NCBI GenBank assembly: GCA_003427395.1
Contig: BFEA01000001.1
Span: 9,393,741 to 9,457,740 of the forward strand
DNA: 64,000 bases
Source of the DNA: Chara braunii
Lineage: Eukaryota > Plantae > Charophyceae
Direction of reading: 5' to 3'
Below, in pieces: positions 37,541 through 50,770 of the stretch. Within the stretch, counting starts at the first letter, position 1, and every line of letters begins with the position of its first letter. The notes beneath the pieces were generated by a model. The model did not search any database. It was given only the letters and a program-made list of their open reading frames with translations, and had not been told where the DNA came from. A program made the position numbers and the translations under genes.

Positions 37541-40500
37541 GAAGAGTGCAGTCGAATGCCTTGTGTTGATAAAGCTGACACTGGGCAGACGGTAGGCACA
37601 ACTGTAAAAACAAGAAGAAAAAAAAAGGAGGCACAACTGCCCAGCTGAGCCCAGTCCCCCACAACATGTGGTATGCCATCTGAGCTGGAACACTGGCCAG
37701 CACTTGTAGTTATCACACCGTGCAGCTACAGTGTTGAGCACCTTGTTTTCTTTCGGGCAATCTGCGGAATCGTGCTGAACCGAAATACAAAAAGATAAAA
37801 AAGTTTTCAGATCCAAACTTTTCGCACACCGAAAGCTGACCGAACTATAGCTTTCCCATGATAGGTTTTGTGCAGGTCCGTAAAATTGATAGGTGGAAAA
37901 GAGAGCTGCCTTTACCCGTGCCTTTTCTGCCCTTGCATCCAATTTGCTCGTAGCTGGACTGAATGGTCAGCCAAGCTCCCATTGCCATCCCCTGTCTCTA
38001 TCGCCATCCTCGGCTGTCATCCCCTGCCTGCATCCCCAACCTCGTTCTCCCTATCCTCCTCCTCCTCCTCCTTCTCCTCCTTCTCCTCCGCCTCCTCCGC
38101 CTCCTCCTCCTCCTTCTACTTCTTCTTCTTCCTCTTGCACCTCCTCCTCCTCCTTCCTCTCCTTCTTCTTCGTGTTGGATTATTGGAACCATATTGATGT
38201 AAAGCGGCAATATGAAGAATACTAGCACCTGCAATTATAAAAGGAAGTAAGTAATGAAGACTAACAAAGCGAATGTTAACCTAAACCATCTCATTGCTGA
38301 TATGGCTCGACTTCTGATTCAGCTAGCACTCCTTAGGTTATGAATATCAGTGCATGTCAAAGCAGAGGCCCCAGAAGTCTCACTAGCGCCCTGCTTAGTC
38401 CCATTCATCGAGCGTCCAACACACGATCTCCCTCCTCCTCCTCCTCCTCCTCCTCCTCCTTCTTCCTCCTCCTCCTCCTCCCACTTTCCTCATCTTCTTC
38501 TTCTTCTTCTTCTCCTCCTAGTTGTGATTTACACAAAATTGAGGTATTTGCAAGGCTTTTAGGCATTGGCAGCCCTAAGTAGAGTCCACCAAGCAAAATC
38601 CCGGGCAGCCCTAAGAGAAGATCGCATCCTGAAACGAACTGGGCCCCGATCCAGGTCGTCCAGGTAATTACTCAGTCGGCCCTCAGTCGGGACCCAGACC
38701 GGTTAGGTACCTGGAGTGCGATCGAGGCTGGCACAGGCTGCTTTCTGGTAGGCCCAGACCTTGGGCTCAGAAGAGGAAAAAGAATGAGGCCGAGGGCAGT
38801 CACACACCAGACAGCAGCAGTAGTGCGCAACAGGACTGTTAGAGCACTTGCATAAGGAGCAAGGTAGCGGCTGGTGCATGCGTGTGCGCTGCCATAGCTT
38901 CCTAGGTTGGCAAGCGCCGTGCAGGGGAGAAGATGGTGAGGGGTTGGAGTTGGTCAGGGAAGGAGAGTGCTGGTCAGGACTGACACATGCTTTACCTGGT
39001 GCGTAGCAGAGGAGCACCTACGTGATTAGACCCTTCAACAACATCTGGTGAGAGGAGAGTGGAGAGATTGTGCGAGGTAGTAGGCTACTGAGTGAAGGTT
39101 GTGTAGGAAGAGTAATGTAGGTGGACACAATATAGCTAGGGCTACTATGTTGTTGTTTTGATTGCTGGAGGTGTGAACAGTGCTCTCATTATCAAGACAC
39201 TTCAGTGTTCAGTGTGGCCTTAGATTGGTGTGCTCTCGACTTTGTCGAAGTTGGCTTATTACTCATGATAGGTCTTCAATGAGGCTCGCTCTTCTATCTT
39301 GAAATTGTCGTGTTTTCATTTGCTGGTTCTTTATCACGGCTGGTTCTCTGGCACTTGCCATCACAGCTGGTGAGTGCGGACTTGTGGTGCCGATGGGTGT
39401 CTGTAGGCTACTAGCTGACTTTTGGGCAGCTGGTACACTCATCTGCTGGGTACATAGCGGACGGGCGAAATTTTCCTGGAAGGTATGGCAATGTGATGAG
39501 AGTATATTTGCTCATTGCCATTGCGTGAGGCTGTACTGGCATTATATTGTCGGAGGTTCCTCTGAATTGACAGGTCATCAGACGGACAATCATATGTAGT
39601 TAGTGAGATAATCTGTCGATATGGGACGCTGGGCCCGGTTCCCAGCACGTTAAAAAAAAAAAAAAAAAAAAAAAAAACTGTCATTGGGGCAGCATCAACT
39701 TTAATTGAGTATCCGTAACCTCGTCTATTCTCCACTATTCATTTTTTTATTTTCATTTTTTGGCAAACCACCACGGAGGCAGCTTGAGGTGCTGGTAGGA
39801 GCAGTCACTTCAAGCTGGTCCGGGGGAGGCTCCATCTACTGGTGGGGAGCAGCACCTGCTGGGAAATGGGCTCAGCGTCCCAACTTACAGATATCACAGG
39901 ATTCACAGTAATTACTAATTATAGTATTATATACATATAGGCCGCCTGATGCAGGCGTACATTCTCTGACGTATAGTGTGTATAATGTGAATGTTTCAAT
40001 GTATATGGATCGGTGCGCTGACTGCTGTCGGAACCCTCGGTTCTTGAATAAAACATCTGCTTGCGACACCCGAAAAGTCTAAAAAGAACAGAATTGTACA
40101 AAAGTCTCAAAAGACAAGGTTCAGTAAACTGTGGGCCTTTAAGGGACAAAACGGGACTTTGGGCAATCAAGGAAATCAGAACGTGGCGCTACAAGTAAAC
40201 TAAAGAATTTGTCCGCGAGAAACAAATGAGTTGCAGATCGACAGAATACTGCAAAACAAAGACGTATAAAGGGACAGTCAAAATAGTAAGATACATCAAC
40301 CAATTACGGGAGAAGAACGTAAGTTCTACATGCAGCAAGGAGCAAGTATTCAGAAGCAGACCCCTCGACAAGGTTACAGAGTAAGGACAAGACGCAGAAG
40401 GGAGCAACAAATAGGACAACCGCCGGAGATGCTTTCACTCGAGAACAAAGCGACTCGAGGGAAAAAAAAAAAAAGAGACTCAAGGGCTACCATGATGCAT

Positions 40501-40731
40501 CTCATAAGTTCTGGCTTCTGGCTCCTGTCGCATCCATCACCACATAACAGGGCAGATATTATGAGCAAGATTAAGACTGGAGTACGTCCTCACAGGCGGT
40601 ACTGTGGATTAGAAGGAAAGGCAGAACAGACACCACAAACTTTTATACTTCTATCATTTCTATGTACATTTCCATATGGGACGCTGGGCCCGGTTCCCAG
40701 CACGTGCTGCTCCCCACGAATAGATTGGAGC

Positions 40732-40769
<38 letters not shown>

Positions 40770-41206
40770 NNNNNNNNNNNNNNNNNNNNNNNNNNNNNNN
40801 NNNNNNNNNNNNNNNNNNNNNNNNNNNNNNNNNNNNNNNNNNNNNNNNNNNNNNNNNNNNNNNNNNNNNNNNNNNNNNNAGCGGGTGCTAGGGGTGCTGG
40901 TAAGAGCAGACACCGCTAGCACTCCCGGGGAGGCTCCATCTATTGGTGGGGAGCAACACCTGCTGGAAAGCGGGTCCAGCGTCCCTGAACATTCTGAAAA
41001 GGGTTTGTATGAGTGAACAGATCTATTGTAGTGTTGTTTGTGTTGTTTGTGTTGTTTGTGTCCTATTGGGTCTGTTAGCACAGGGTGATATTAGCCAGTT
41101 GTCAGTCTGGGTTACTGCGGTGTTTGTCTCATCCGGGGCTGTGGCTTTTCCTCCTGTCTCCGTTGTCCCATGGAGCTGCTATTGACACCCATCCCATATT
41201 GGAGCA

Positions 41207-41481
41207 CCTTTTATCTTTTAGCCCAGCCCTATTCAGCAGCCCCCCATTAGTACGTCTGTTCCCTTTATTCCCTGCCGAATTCATATACTACAACAGGGAT
41301 TTGAGAGCTACTATTATAAATCTCACTCTTGGAAGGCGAGCCATGCAGTTTGCACTTCAGGCTTCAAGGTTCATGAAGGTCATGTGCATGACGTTGAAGA
41401 GGGTATATGGTTTTAAAGATTCAAATGGGTCAGACATGCTACAGGGGGGCTGCTGAACAGGGCTGGGCTAATACATAAAGG
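41207..41481. mobile_element. MITE-like element with ~38-bp terminal inverted repeats
   Basis: CCTTTTATCTTTTAGCCCAGCCCTATTCAGCAGCCCCCC vs GGGGGGCTGCTGAACAGGGCTGGGCTAATACATAAAGG. Confidence 0.7.
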
Positions 41482-41743
41482 GGTTCTAAGAGGGGAAGGT
41501 AGGCAGACTGCGGCAAAACAGCCTGTCGGGAGACGCAGTAGCAAGGTAGACGAAAACATGCATACAGAATCAGCACCAAAAGAGTCAATGAACAAACTCA
41601 ACAGAGCTGCATAAAGCACAAAAACGTGAGATCAACTCTCAGAGTTCCACCTTCACAACACTCAATGAATACCTCTTCATACCATGTATGTCTCAGCTAC
41701 CATGCCACCATAGCTATATCTCCCGGAAAGCGACAAAGTAGTC

Positions 41744-41789
41744 CCTTCTACCGGTTTCGTCCGGCTACTACTCGGACTCATCAGGAAGG
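41744..41789 (-). ncRNA. Type I minimal hammerhead ribozyme
   Basis: CCTTC-CTGATGA-GTCCG-agtagtagc-CGGAC-GAAAC-CG-GTA-GAAGG: full core, stems I and II, palindromic stem III; downstream of and co-oriented with the PLE ORF. Confidence 0.92.
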
Positions 41790-42199
41790 CGCACTCTCCA
41801 CGAGCGCTTCTGTCGAAAAGAGGCCTATTGCCTTGCCTCTTCCTACTGAAATACTCTTTCCTATGCCTACTGTGTCACGTTAAAATATAAAATCAAATAA
41901 ATAAATAAATAAATAAACTTTGTCTCGGCGTCGACGATCTGTCGAAAAAACCGACAGCCTTTCGCTATCCTACAGCCTACCGACCAAAAGACGAACCGAG
42001 ACGGAAAGACACCGAAAGGACAGAAAGAAACGAAAATGAAAAAGAATGAGACTTTCGCCCGGACGGGAATATCTCCCGGGTCAAAATGTCCGTTCGACAG
42101 TTATAGATCACGGTCCGTACTAGCCGCGGTTTGCTAACTGTCGTTTACCCTGTGTGGTCCCTCCTTCGCATGCGGGCCTTTTTCCTTTTTCCATGCCAG

Positions 42200-44920
42200 A
42201 TCAGTTGAAAAACGCCGATCAACTCCCATAGTACCTTCTGTGTCGTACCCTTGGCCAATTTAGCCAAGGCACTCAGAGAATCCTCCGGGGGTTAGCCCCG
42301 GAGGAAGCTCTCAGTCACCGCATACGCTATCGAGCTTATACACAACGCGTGCGAGGTCGACGACTGCCACAATCTCCTGAGCGTCGCCGATAAAATGCCC
42401 TTCTTAGCTTTCCTGTCGGTATAGCTCGCAAAATCCTGCATCGATTGGTAGCGTAGAGGCCCGGAGTTCCTCAGGGACATGCAGTTCTTTGTCTCTTGTA
42501 CGAAGTGCACCTGGACCGGTTTCTTCATAACATAGACACGTCCCCCTATAAAATTCCAAGTGTTGGTGTCTTCGTCCTTCCGAATCAATTTCAACTTGTG
42601 ATCGTACGTCTTCTCGAAGGTGTCTAGTATCCCAACCGCCTTCCGCCATGCCTCAGGTTCTCCGTTACATCCGACGATGATGGACACATCGTCCACAATC
42701 CTCCATCCCATCACTAGCCTCCTATCCGATCCAAGACTAGACAGAAAAGCCGCCTCGGCCATTGCGCACGTCACTATGGCCAGCACTGGGCTGGTGGTCC
42801 TACCCATCGGGATACCAGTGATTTGCTTCCTTACCACGTCGCCATGCATCATATATGCATGCGCCAGGTCATATTCCACGATCGTCCTGATCATGTCCAG
42901 CTTAACCGTGACAAAACCGGGTTCTTTCCTTTCAGTCTTCGACATCTGGCACAGTTTTCCTCTGGTCGCAACTCTCACCTGCCTCCATCCCTGTTCTTCA
43001 AAATGCATCACCAAATCCGAGACCGCATTCTTCACCGACGCATGCGATATCGAGGAAAACATCTCCTTGATATTGTAACACCTTCCCATTGCCATATCAC
43101 ATCCTTCTTTACTCAGGATCTCTCCTGCGTTCTCTAGATCCTCCTTTAGCTCCATAGTCGATTTCAGGTGAAAATTCTTCCTCCTAGAGAACCTCGTGAC
43201 GAGGCAGTGCAAGGCTCTAGCCCCTCTCCGTTGTACCAATACTGCCGGATCGTTGCACGCTGGGGCGATCGGTCTCCAACGTTGCAGATCTTTGTCCTTC
43301 GGTATCACATATGATCTTCCCAGTTTCCCATCGCTCTTCCATCTCCCAATCTCCGTAAGTCCTGCGTCCTCGAACTCTTTCTTACATTGAGCTAAGACCT
43401 CTGCCTCCGGCTTGCCCACCGATTCGTAGTCCGGGTTCTACGTGAAAGTACTTCCGAACCCGTGCCTATAGAGAACCGGGCAAATCAACGCAGTATCGCC
43501 TGGATTGCGATCTACAGGAACCAAAACTAGGCCGTGATACTTCGAGGCCCAGTTACGTACCTCACCCTCTGTCCAGGCCGCACACTTCCCGTCCTCGGTT
43601 TTGACGCAGGAGTCGACATCTCCTCCTGCGTCCTACCCTTGAGGTGGGCTATTGCCATGCTGATTCCTTGTATGATGTCTCTCTTGCTGTTCTGTTCATC
43701 TCGTCTTGTTACATTCTTTGCATTTCGTACGAACATCGGCGTGTCCTTCATTTCTGACACTCTCGTGAGTACGTGCCCGTCTTGCTTGGTCAAATGGCGG
43801 TGTTCACAGGGGCAAGTCACCGGCTGAGTATGAGCATGCCGGCGGTGGTTGTGGATCACCTCTCCCACTGTCCTATTCCTTGTGTTCACCACTCTCACCT
43901 TCTTCTTAACGAACGCTGCCTGAGCATGGTCGTCCAGTTTCTTGTCAATTACAGATTCTACCTTCCGCCTGACCTCCGTCTTCAGGACAGACGCGTTGTA
44001 CGGGTACTTGACGGTCACCCTTCTTCTCACACTCACTCCCGTTTTCTTCCTCAAAACCCGATCTATTTTTATCTTCAACTTCTCTGTTGTCTCTTTTCTA
44101 CCGAAGAAACCAGCGGTCCTGTATAATCCTATAAGCTTGCTTGTCGACTGTCTAGCCAAACCGCCTACTAGCCTCGGCTGCCTCATCAATCTAACTAGCT
44201 CACGCTTATACCGTTCGGTAGTGGTAGTTGTCTTGCGTAGCCGCACAAACATCATCTTTCCCCCATTCTGGCAGACCTGTCTCACCTGTTTCAGTAATAG
44301 TGCCCTCCCATTGACCTCAACTTCTGACATTCCGAAGAGCTTGCTAATCTGTTTCCACCCGTCCGTCCATTGTTCACCCGCGGTGAAAGCTACCTCCGTT
44401 CTCTCACTCGGTTTCTCGCTCTTTTCCCGTAGCCAATTCAGTAGTGAAGTACGCTTTCCTTCCGCGGTAGTGAAAGCCACTACCGACTTCCTTACCGCCT
44501 CACCTCCCCTCTTCTTCCTCTCCCTCTTACCCTTCCGCTTTCTTGACTTCACTCCTCGTCCCCTCGTTCCCTTCGTGTTCAAACTAGGTGACAGATCCCG
44601 TATCAGATATTGTTCGAAAACGAAATCATCCGCCTTGGCTGTATGCCTCACAGGTATGATTACGAACTTATCAATCCCGAATGTTCTCATCCATCGGTAC
44701 AATTGAGAAGCTTTTCCCCGAGAATCCGATGTTGCAGTGTGCACGTGCTCCCTCCATCTCTGCAGTATCAGTATCGCCGTACACCCTACGTATACTCGCT
44801 TCGCCCACGGGCTAGCGATGATGTACGTCCCGCCAGTCTGCAGATCCAAAGTCGACTCATCCACGTCAACCTTATCCATGTATTTCTTCAACCATGTGAT
44901 CTCTCCTCTTATCCCAAGGA
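42200..44920 (-). mobile_element. Penelope-like element ORF (N-terminal GIY-YIG endonuclease + RT; Naiad/Chlamys-type), 5'-truncated and disrupted
   Basis: GGTYIIASPWAKRVYVGCT....RWREH...E...I..LSPSLN; YVIPKDKD..RWRPI; GIPMGRTTSPVLA; WRIVDD. Confidence 0.9.
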
Positions 44921-45886
44921 GCATCGTAAGATGTATCATAAGATGTATCAACGGGTCACGGGTGTCACTAGCAGGTCCAAGGGACAACGGAGACCCGGGT
45001 CTAAGAACAGAAAAGCCCACAGCCCCAGGAAAATAACAAACAGCAATCTCTGTGTCATAAGATGTATCAATGGGACGCTGGACCCGGTTTCCAGCAGGTG
45101 CCGCTCCCCACCAATAGATGGAGCAGCCCGACAGAGAAACCCTCAATCTGACGGTTCTCTTGCCACCGTCGGGATAGAGGGTGTACACAAGGGCTTAAAA
45201 AAAAAAAAAAAAAAAAAAGAAGGAAAAATCTGAAGGCATATGAGCATAAGCATACGTGTACGGGAGCATATGTATGACACATATGGGGACGTGCATGGAT
45301 AGGCGCACACGGATTCGCATGTGCTCACACATGAGCACATGCATGCATATATGCACGTGAGTGCACACGTGTGTGTGCATGTGGGCACACAGAAGTACAC
45401 GCACATGGACACATATGTGTTTGTTGCATGTGGTGCATATTGAGTAGGAATGCATGGCTGTGTGTCTCCAAACACAGGGTGAGCACACATAAGGGCACAG
45501 GAGAAATTGTTAGAAATACAAAAGGGCATGGGATTCCAAAAGGGTCTCCTGGCAAGTCCCAAAGAGTTCAATGAAAATTAGGACCCAGGACAGTCCGCTC
45601 GCCGATACCCCCTCCTCCACCCCCTCTGTGTCTCCCCCACCCTCCGCAATCTGCCACGGCACCGCCCCTCTGCCTCTGCTATCTTGACCTTCCATCTCGA
45701 TTGCCGGCCAGGAGTAGGCCAATTAAGCAGGGCGGAAGGGGAAACAGGCACAGTCTGAGTACAAATTTCGAAAGGCAGGACCTTGGTCCTCGCAGACATC
45801 GTGGTGGCAAATGCTCAGGCAGCAACCTCATTTTCAACTTCTTCTTTTTTTTTTTTTTTTTTTTTTTCCAATTTCATTCTCACATT

Positions 45887-46127
45887 GTTTACTACTGGGA
45901 CTGATAAGAGCAGACACCGCTACCACCCGGGGAGAGGCTCCATCTATTGGTGGGGAGCAGCACCTGCTGGAAAACGGGTCCAGCGTCCCAAAGACAGATT
46001 GTCAACAGTGTATCTCCGAAAAGACCATATCAAGGATCCCTGCCAGCATTGATTACCCTGAGCTACAGGGGGATTGACTGCACAGGACTATGAAAATAAG
46101 CTTGAAACCACTATCACCAGTGGGGGG

Positions 46128-46164
<37 letters not shown>

Positions 46165-46175
46165 ACTACTGGGAC
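45887..46175 (+). mobile_element. 5'-inverted LINE tail insertion with 15-bp TSD
   Basis: TSD GTTTACTACTGGGAC at 45887-45901 and 46161-46175; poly(A) at 46132-46160; inverted segment 45902-~46111. Confidence 0.85.
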
Positions 46176-46799
46176 GCTGGACCCCATTTCCAGCAAGTGC
46201 TGCTCCCCATTAATAGATGGAGCTCTCAAGTAGGGGAGCCACTTGAGGAGGATGCTCTTATCACTTACTCAAGTGGTAATCCCCCCAACAAGGGGTTTTA
46301 CCCAAAGAAAGGATCCAGGACAGTTTGGATCATCCTAGGATCCAATAATTGAAGTTTGGGGGTCACACATCAGCGGGGGACCCCTCACGTCGACTCTCGG
46401 AGGCCCAAAACGCAACAACGGCCGCCATTGAAATCTATCAGCAGCAGCCCGGCCACCAAAGTTGCTGTCGTTAACGCGAGCCACATCTCTGAAAAATAGC
46501 TGGGAAAGGTACTGGTGGTTTAAATCTAAGGGGTCAGGCCTATTCAAGATAAAACTGACAGGAGTTCTGATAGAAATAGCTGCTGTGGACAATTGGGAAA
46601 ATAGTTTAAACAGGTTTATCTGACGTCCTGGTAATGGATGAAGAGGTAGTGCTACTTTTTCAGATTCTGTCCGGAGGAGAAGGGTGTGGGTAGGAGAGAT
46701 GTGGACAGTTTCCTTCAATTCCAGGTTAAAAAAAAAAAAAAGGGAAAATAGACGGGGTGAAGATGAAAAAATAGGAGCCTGGGGTATAGTGGAATATTC

Positions 46800-49700
46800 C
46801 ACGTTTACAAAATCGAAGTCCAAGTATGGGCAGCAATGAGGACTGCTATTCATAACAAAAGGATAGGCTGGCTAGTAAAAGGAGATCGTATGACATCCGC
46901 TTTTTTTGCTGCTCATCGACCGCCGTTACAGAAGCAGCTGATCACGGCTATCAAACACCCGTTTGATGCTTCGGCGCCGATAGCCACAGAGACACAAGCC
47001 ATTGTGGTTAATGTCTCATTATTTTATGAAAGTCTGCTCACATCGCAAGCGCAATGTACTGAACCACAATTACTCCAGCAATTCCATGAAGAGATTTGGT
47101 CCAAAGTTGAGAAAAAGTTGTCAAATCACCAACGGCAACAGCTGGAGACGGATATCGTTATGCAGGAGGTAGTTGATGCAGTGTCGTCCTTATCACTACA
47201 TAAAGCTCCGGGATTAGACGGATTGCCGGCTCAATTCTTCAGAGCTTTTTCATTCCATTTGCTCCCTGATTTGTTGCTCATCCTTCAGTCTGTTTGGAAC
47301 GGAGCATCACTGCCACCTTCAGCCCTGCAAGGGATCATTACCTTTGCTTTCAAGAAAGGCGACCGAACTGATATAGCCAATTATAGACCGATAACGCTAA
47401 TGTCAGTTCTCTATAAGATTCTGTCCAAAATAATGACAGCTAGATTACAGAGAGTTCTTCCCTCCTTGATTCACCAAACACAGACGGGTTTTCTACAGGG
47501 TAGACAAATTCTGCACAACGTGATGATAGTGCAGCAGTTGGCAGAGATTGTAGCAGCAGGAGAAGAAAGTTTGGCTATAGTGCTGTTGGATTTGGCAAAG
47601 GCCTATGACCGGGTGAGCTGGGAATTCTTGCAGGCAGCACTCACTACCTTTGGAATTGGCCCCAAGTATAAGCATGCAGTGGACAGTTTGCTACAGAACG
47701 CTACCTCTCGAGTTTGTGTGAATGGAGTCCTGTCAGCCCCGATCCGATTGACTCGGTCGGTCAGACAGGGCTGCCCGGTGGCACCGTATCTTTATTTGTT
47801 ATATGTTGAAATAATGCATATTATGATTAGATCCAATCCGGAAATCCCGGGTTTTGTACTTCCTTCGGGGTAAAGGCTGAAATCTGAAGCGTTTGCGGAT
47901 GATTCGGTAGCCTTCACACCATTGGATGACCAGGCCTTTTTTGCGCTCAGAGAAACTATAGACCTGTTTTGTCAGCTGTCCCAGGCCAAGGTTAATTGGG
48001 AAAAATCTTTCGTTTTAATATCCCCCAGGGAACAACCCCCGCAAAATTGGGGACTTACGATAGTAGCGCTTGGGAGACAAGAAGGGCTTTTGGGACACCA
48101 AGTGTCGTTTGATCCACAGCTAGTACAAGACTCATCAACATCAATAGCACGTTTGAGATCGACATTGCTACCTTGGGTAAAGTATAAAGGTACCAGTTTG
48201 TTTGGTCGAGCGGCTGTTATTAACAATGCAGTTTTGTCCACTTTGTGGTACCGTCGGGCCATTCATCAGTTAGATAAAGCGTCGTTGCAGACTATACGAC
48301 ATCTGCTCACTCATTATCTGTGGAAAGAACAGATAAAAGATGACAACTTTTTACCCAAAGTGTCATGGGCTACAATAACCCAACCAAAACGGAATGGAGG
48401 ACTGACTATATTGGACCCCGAACGACAGATTGCAGCACTTCTTGCAAGATGGGTCCCATGGGCCGTCTTGCAAAGTCCTCTCACGGCATGGAAACGATTG
48501 GCAGAATTCTACATTTTTTCTTGGTTGGAATGGACAGATCTTCGTTGTATCTGGTTGGCAGTGCTCAATCCAGACTATCAAAGATGCCCACGGGGATATG
48601 GGCGGGGATATTGAAAACCTGGAGGGAAGTGCGTCCGAAATTGCAACCCCCACTGCTGATCTGTGAAAGAATAATGACACAGCCGTTATTCAACAATCCA
48701 CAAATACTTAATTTGGAGGGACTACCTTTTAGTTGCCTCGGACCAAGGGCGTTTGGTAATGCATGGATGGCGAGAGGAATTGGCACTGTAGCTGATTTGT
48801 GGGATGTCACAAACGCCGATTGGAAAACTGCAGAAGAACTGGCCCCGAGATTACAGGGACTATGGCACCGGGAAGACCATTTGCAGCAGCTGCAGAATGC
48901 CATCCCACAACAATGGGTAGACTTGATGAGAATGGGTCCGCTGCCACGGAAAGGGATGTGGTATAAAAATGCCCAGCAAGAGATTCCGGATCACGTTTGG
49001 AGAATAGAGGATTATTCGTAGACGGTTGATATTCCCATCACCTATTGGCTGGTACAAGGAGGAGTTGATTCGTTGGGAGAACCGTTGCAACTCTCAGCGG
49101 AACAGTATCCCTTGCCACCGCCTGAACAACCGGTACCAGTCTGTGTACTGGAGCAAAAACAGAGCTACAGGCCGTATTGTTTGAAGTTGCCGGCTTATAG
49201 CTTGGTGGTAGACCCCAGAGATTGGGCGTGGGACCACCCAATGCATAGCTCTGAATTAGTCGGATTATCAGAATATACGACCAAATTGGGATATCAGATA
49301 ATGACCTCTCACACAGACGTTAACTGGGAGGTGGCAAGAAGATGGACGGCAACAGGATGGATCAGAGACACGCTAACTAGATTAGTAACTGTTCTTCCGA
49401 AGTTCTGGAAGCAACTGATGGATTTGGTAGTGAGTAAACATGCAGGTGTGCTCTGGTTGGTGATGCATCTGGCACTGCCGACGAACACCTGGTGTGCTAG
49501 AAGAACAGCAAAAGCTACCCCTGAATGTGGACTTTGTCCGNGCACCAGGATGGAGGATANACAGCATTTCTTACTACATTGTGAACTCTCCAGGCCNTTT
49601 TGGGATTGGTGGAGACAGTCGGATGTCCCGATCCCTGATGTGGATACTCGGTGGGGGGATGAGTTTATTCTCCTGGGAACAGCAGCCAGGAGAACCTCTC

Positions 49701-50312
49701 CACAGACTCAATTTGCTCATGCGGAAGAAACAATAAGAGGTGCCATAGTGTGGACTCTTTGGAATCTCAGAAATGCCAGAGTAAGAAAGAATGAGCAACT
49801 TACACCGCTGATGGTCAGAGCTGAAATTAAATACGCGATCAAACAAGCAATATTGGCAGATTGGGAATATCGAGTTCAGAAAAAAGGCTTTTCGGCCAAG
49901 GCTGTCAAATGGTTTGGAAGCAGGTGGGGAAACTTCTCGAGGCTGGCTACAGTTGATGCAGCTCAGGATGGCACACTCTTTATGCGGTTTTCTAACTTCT
50001 TTGTTTAGTTTTTGTTTAGTTTTTGCGTGTTGGCCTGTCTTTTGTTTTCAATTGTGGTTTACCCAGACTCAATAGTAGTTTGGTAGTTCAGTGTTGGTTA
50101 GAGTAGTGTGGAATGCGTGATACAATAAGTAGACTAGATTGAGTGACTCTGGATTGAACCTTGGCTGCGGCCGGGATGGGATTGGCCGGAAGTGCCTTTT
50201 CCAGCCTGGATGGCCGCAGAATATGTGAGGGACGCCGGACCCGTTTTCCGGCAATGTAAATAAAAAAGACGCTCAATTCTATAAAAAAATAAAAATAAAA
50301 AAAATAAATAAA
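46800..50312 (+). mobile_element. 5'-truncated L1-clade (Tx1-like) LINE: ORF2 RT + zf-RVT, 3' UTR, A-rich tail
   Basis: KAPGLDG, NYRPITL, QTGFLQGR, LDLAKAYDRV, VRQGCPVAP, AFADDS, CGLCP...QHFLLHC; few stops or frameshifts. Confidence 0.95.
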
Positions 50313-50319
50313 TACAACA

Positions 50320-50360
<41 letters not shown>

Positions 50361-50770
50361 TCCGGCTCTTCAACTGTTTTATGTTGAGCGGCCATCCAAG
50401 AAGTGGCAACAGCATTGATTCCTTGAAAACGGGCCTAGAGAGAGAACGGAAGAAGGGGGAGGAAAAAGGATCGCTCCTAGGGAGTGCCACCACATGGTGT
50501 GACAGCCTAGGGACTTGCAACAAGCGTCTAGGTACAATGTAATGGCTTGAACAAGATTAGGTGTACCCTAGGGAAAACAGCCAAACAGTTAAGGACAAGG
50601 GGAGAGAGAATGGAAGAACGCGAGATAATGGGGACTAAAAATAGGGGGGGACAAATGTCGAAGTCTCCTAGACTAATTTTCATGACTTTCATCAGTCTAC
50701 GGGCACTACGAGGTCAGATGCGAAGGCAAAAACAGTTGGGGATGGAGTGAGCTGGGAAAAAAAGACAAAG

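Noticed and set aside
35860-39060. Coding-like patches that might be host exons
   Set aside because: Stops present and no recognisable domain or consistent splice chain
44933-45074. Direct repeat TCATAAGATGTATCAA as TSD of an insertion
   Set aside because: The intervening block is native to the element (homologous to 41135-41190) and has no tail
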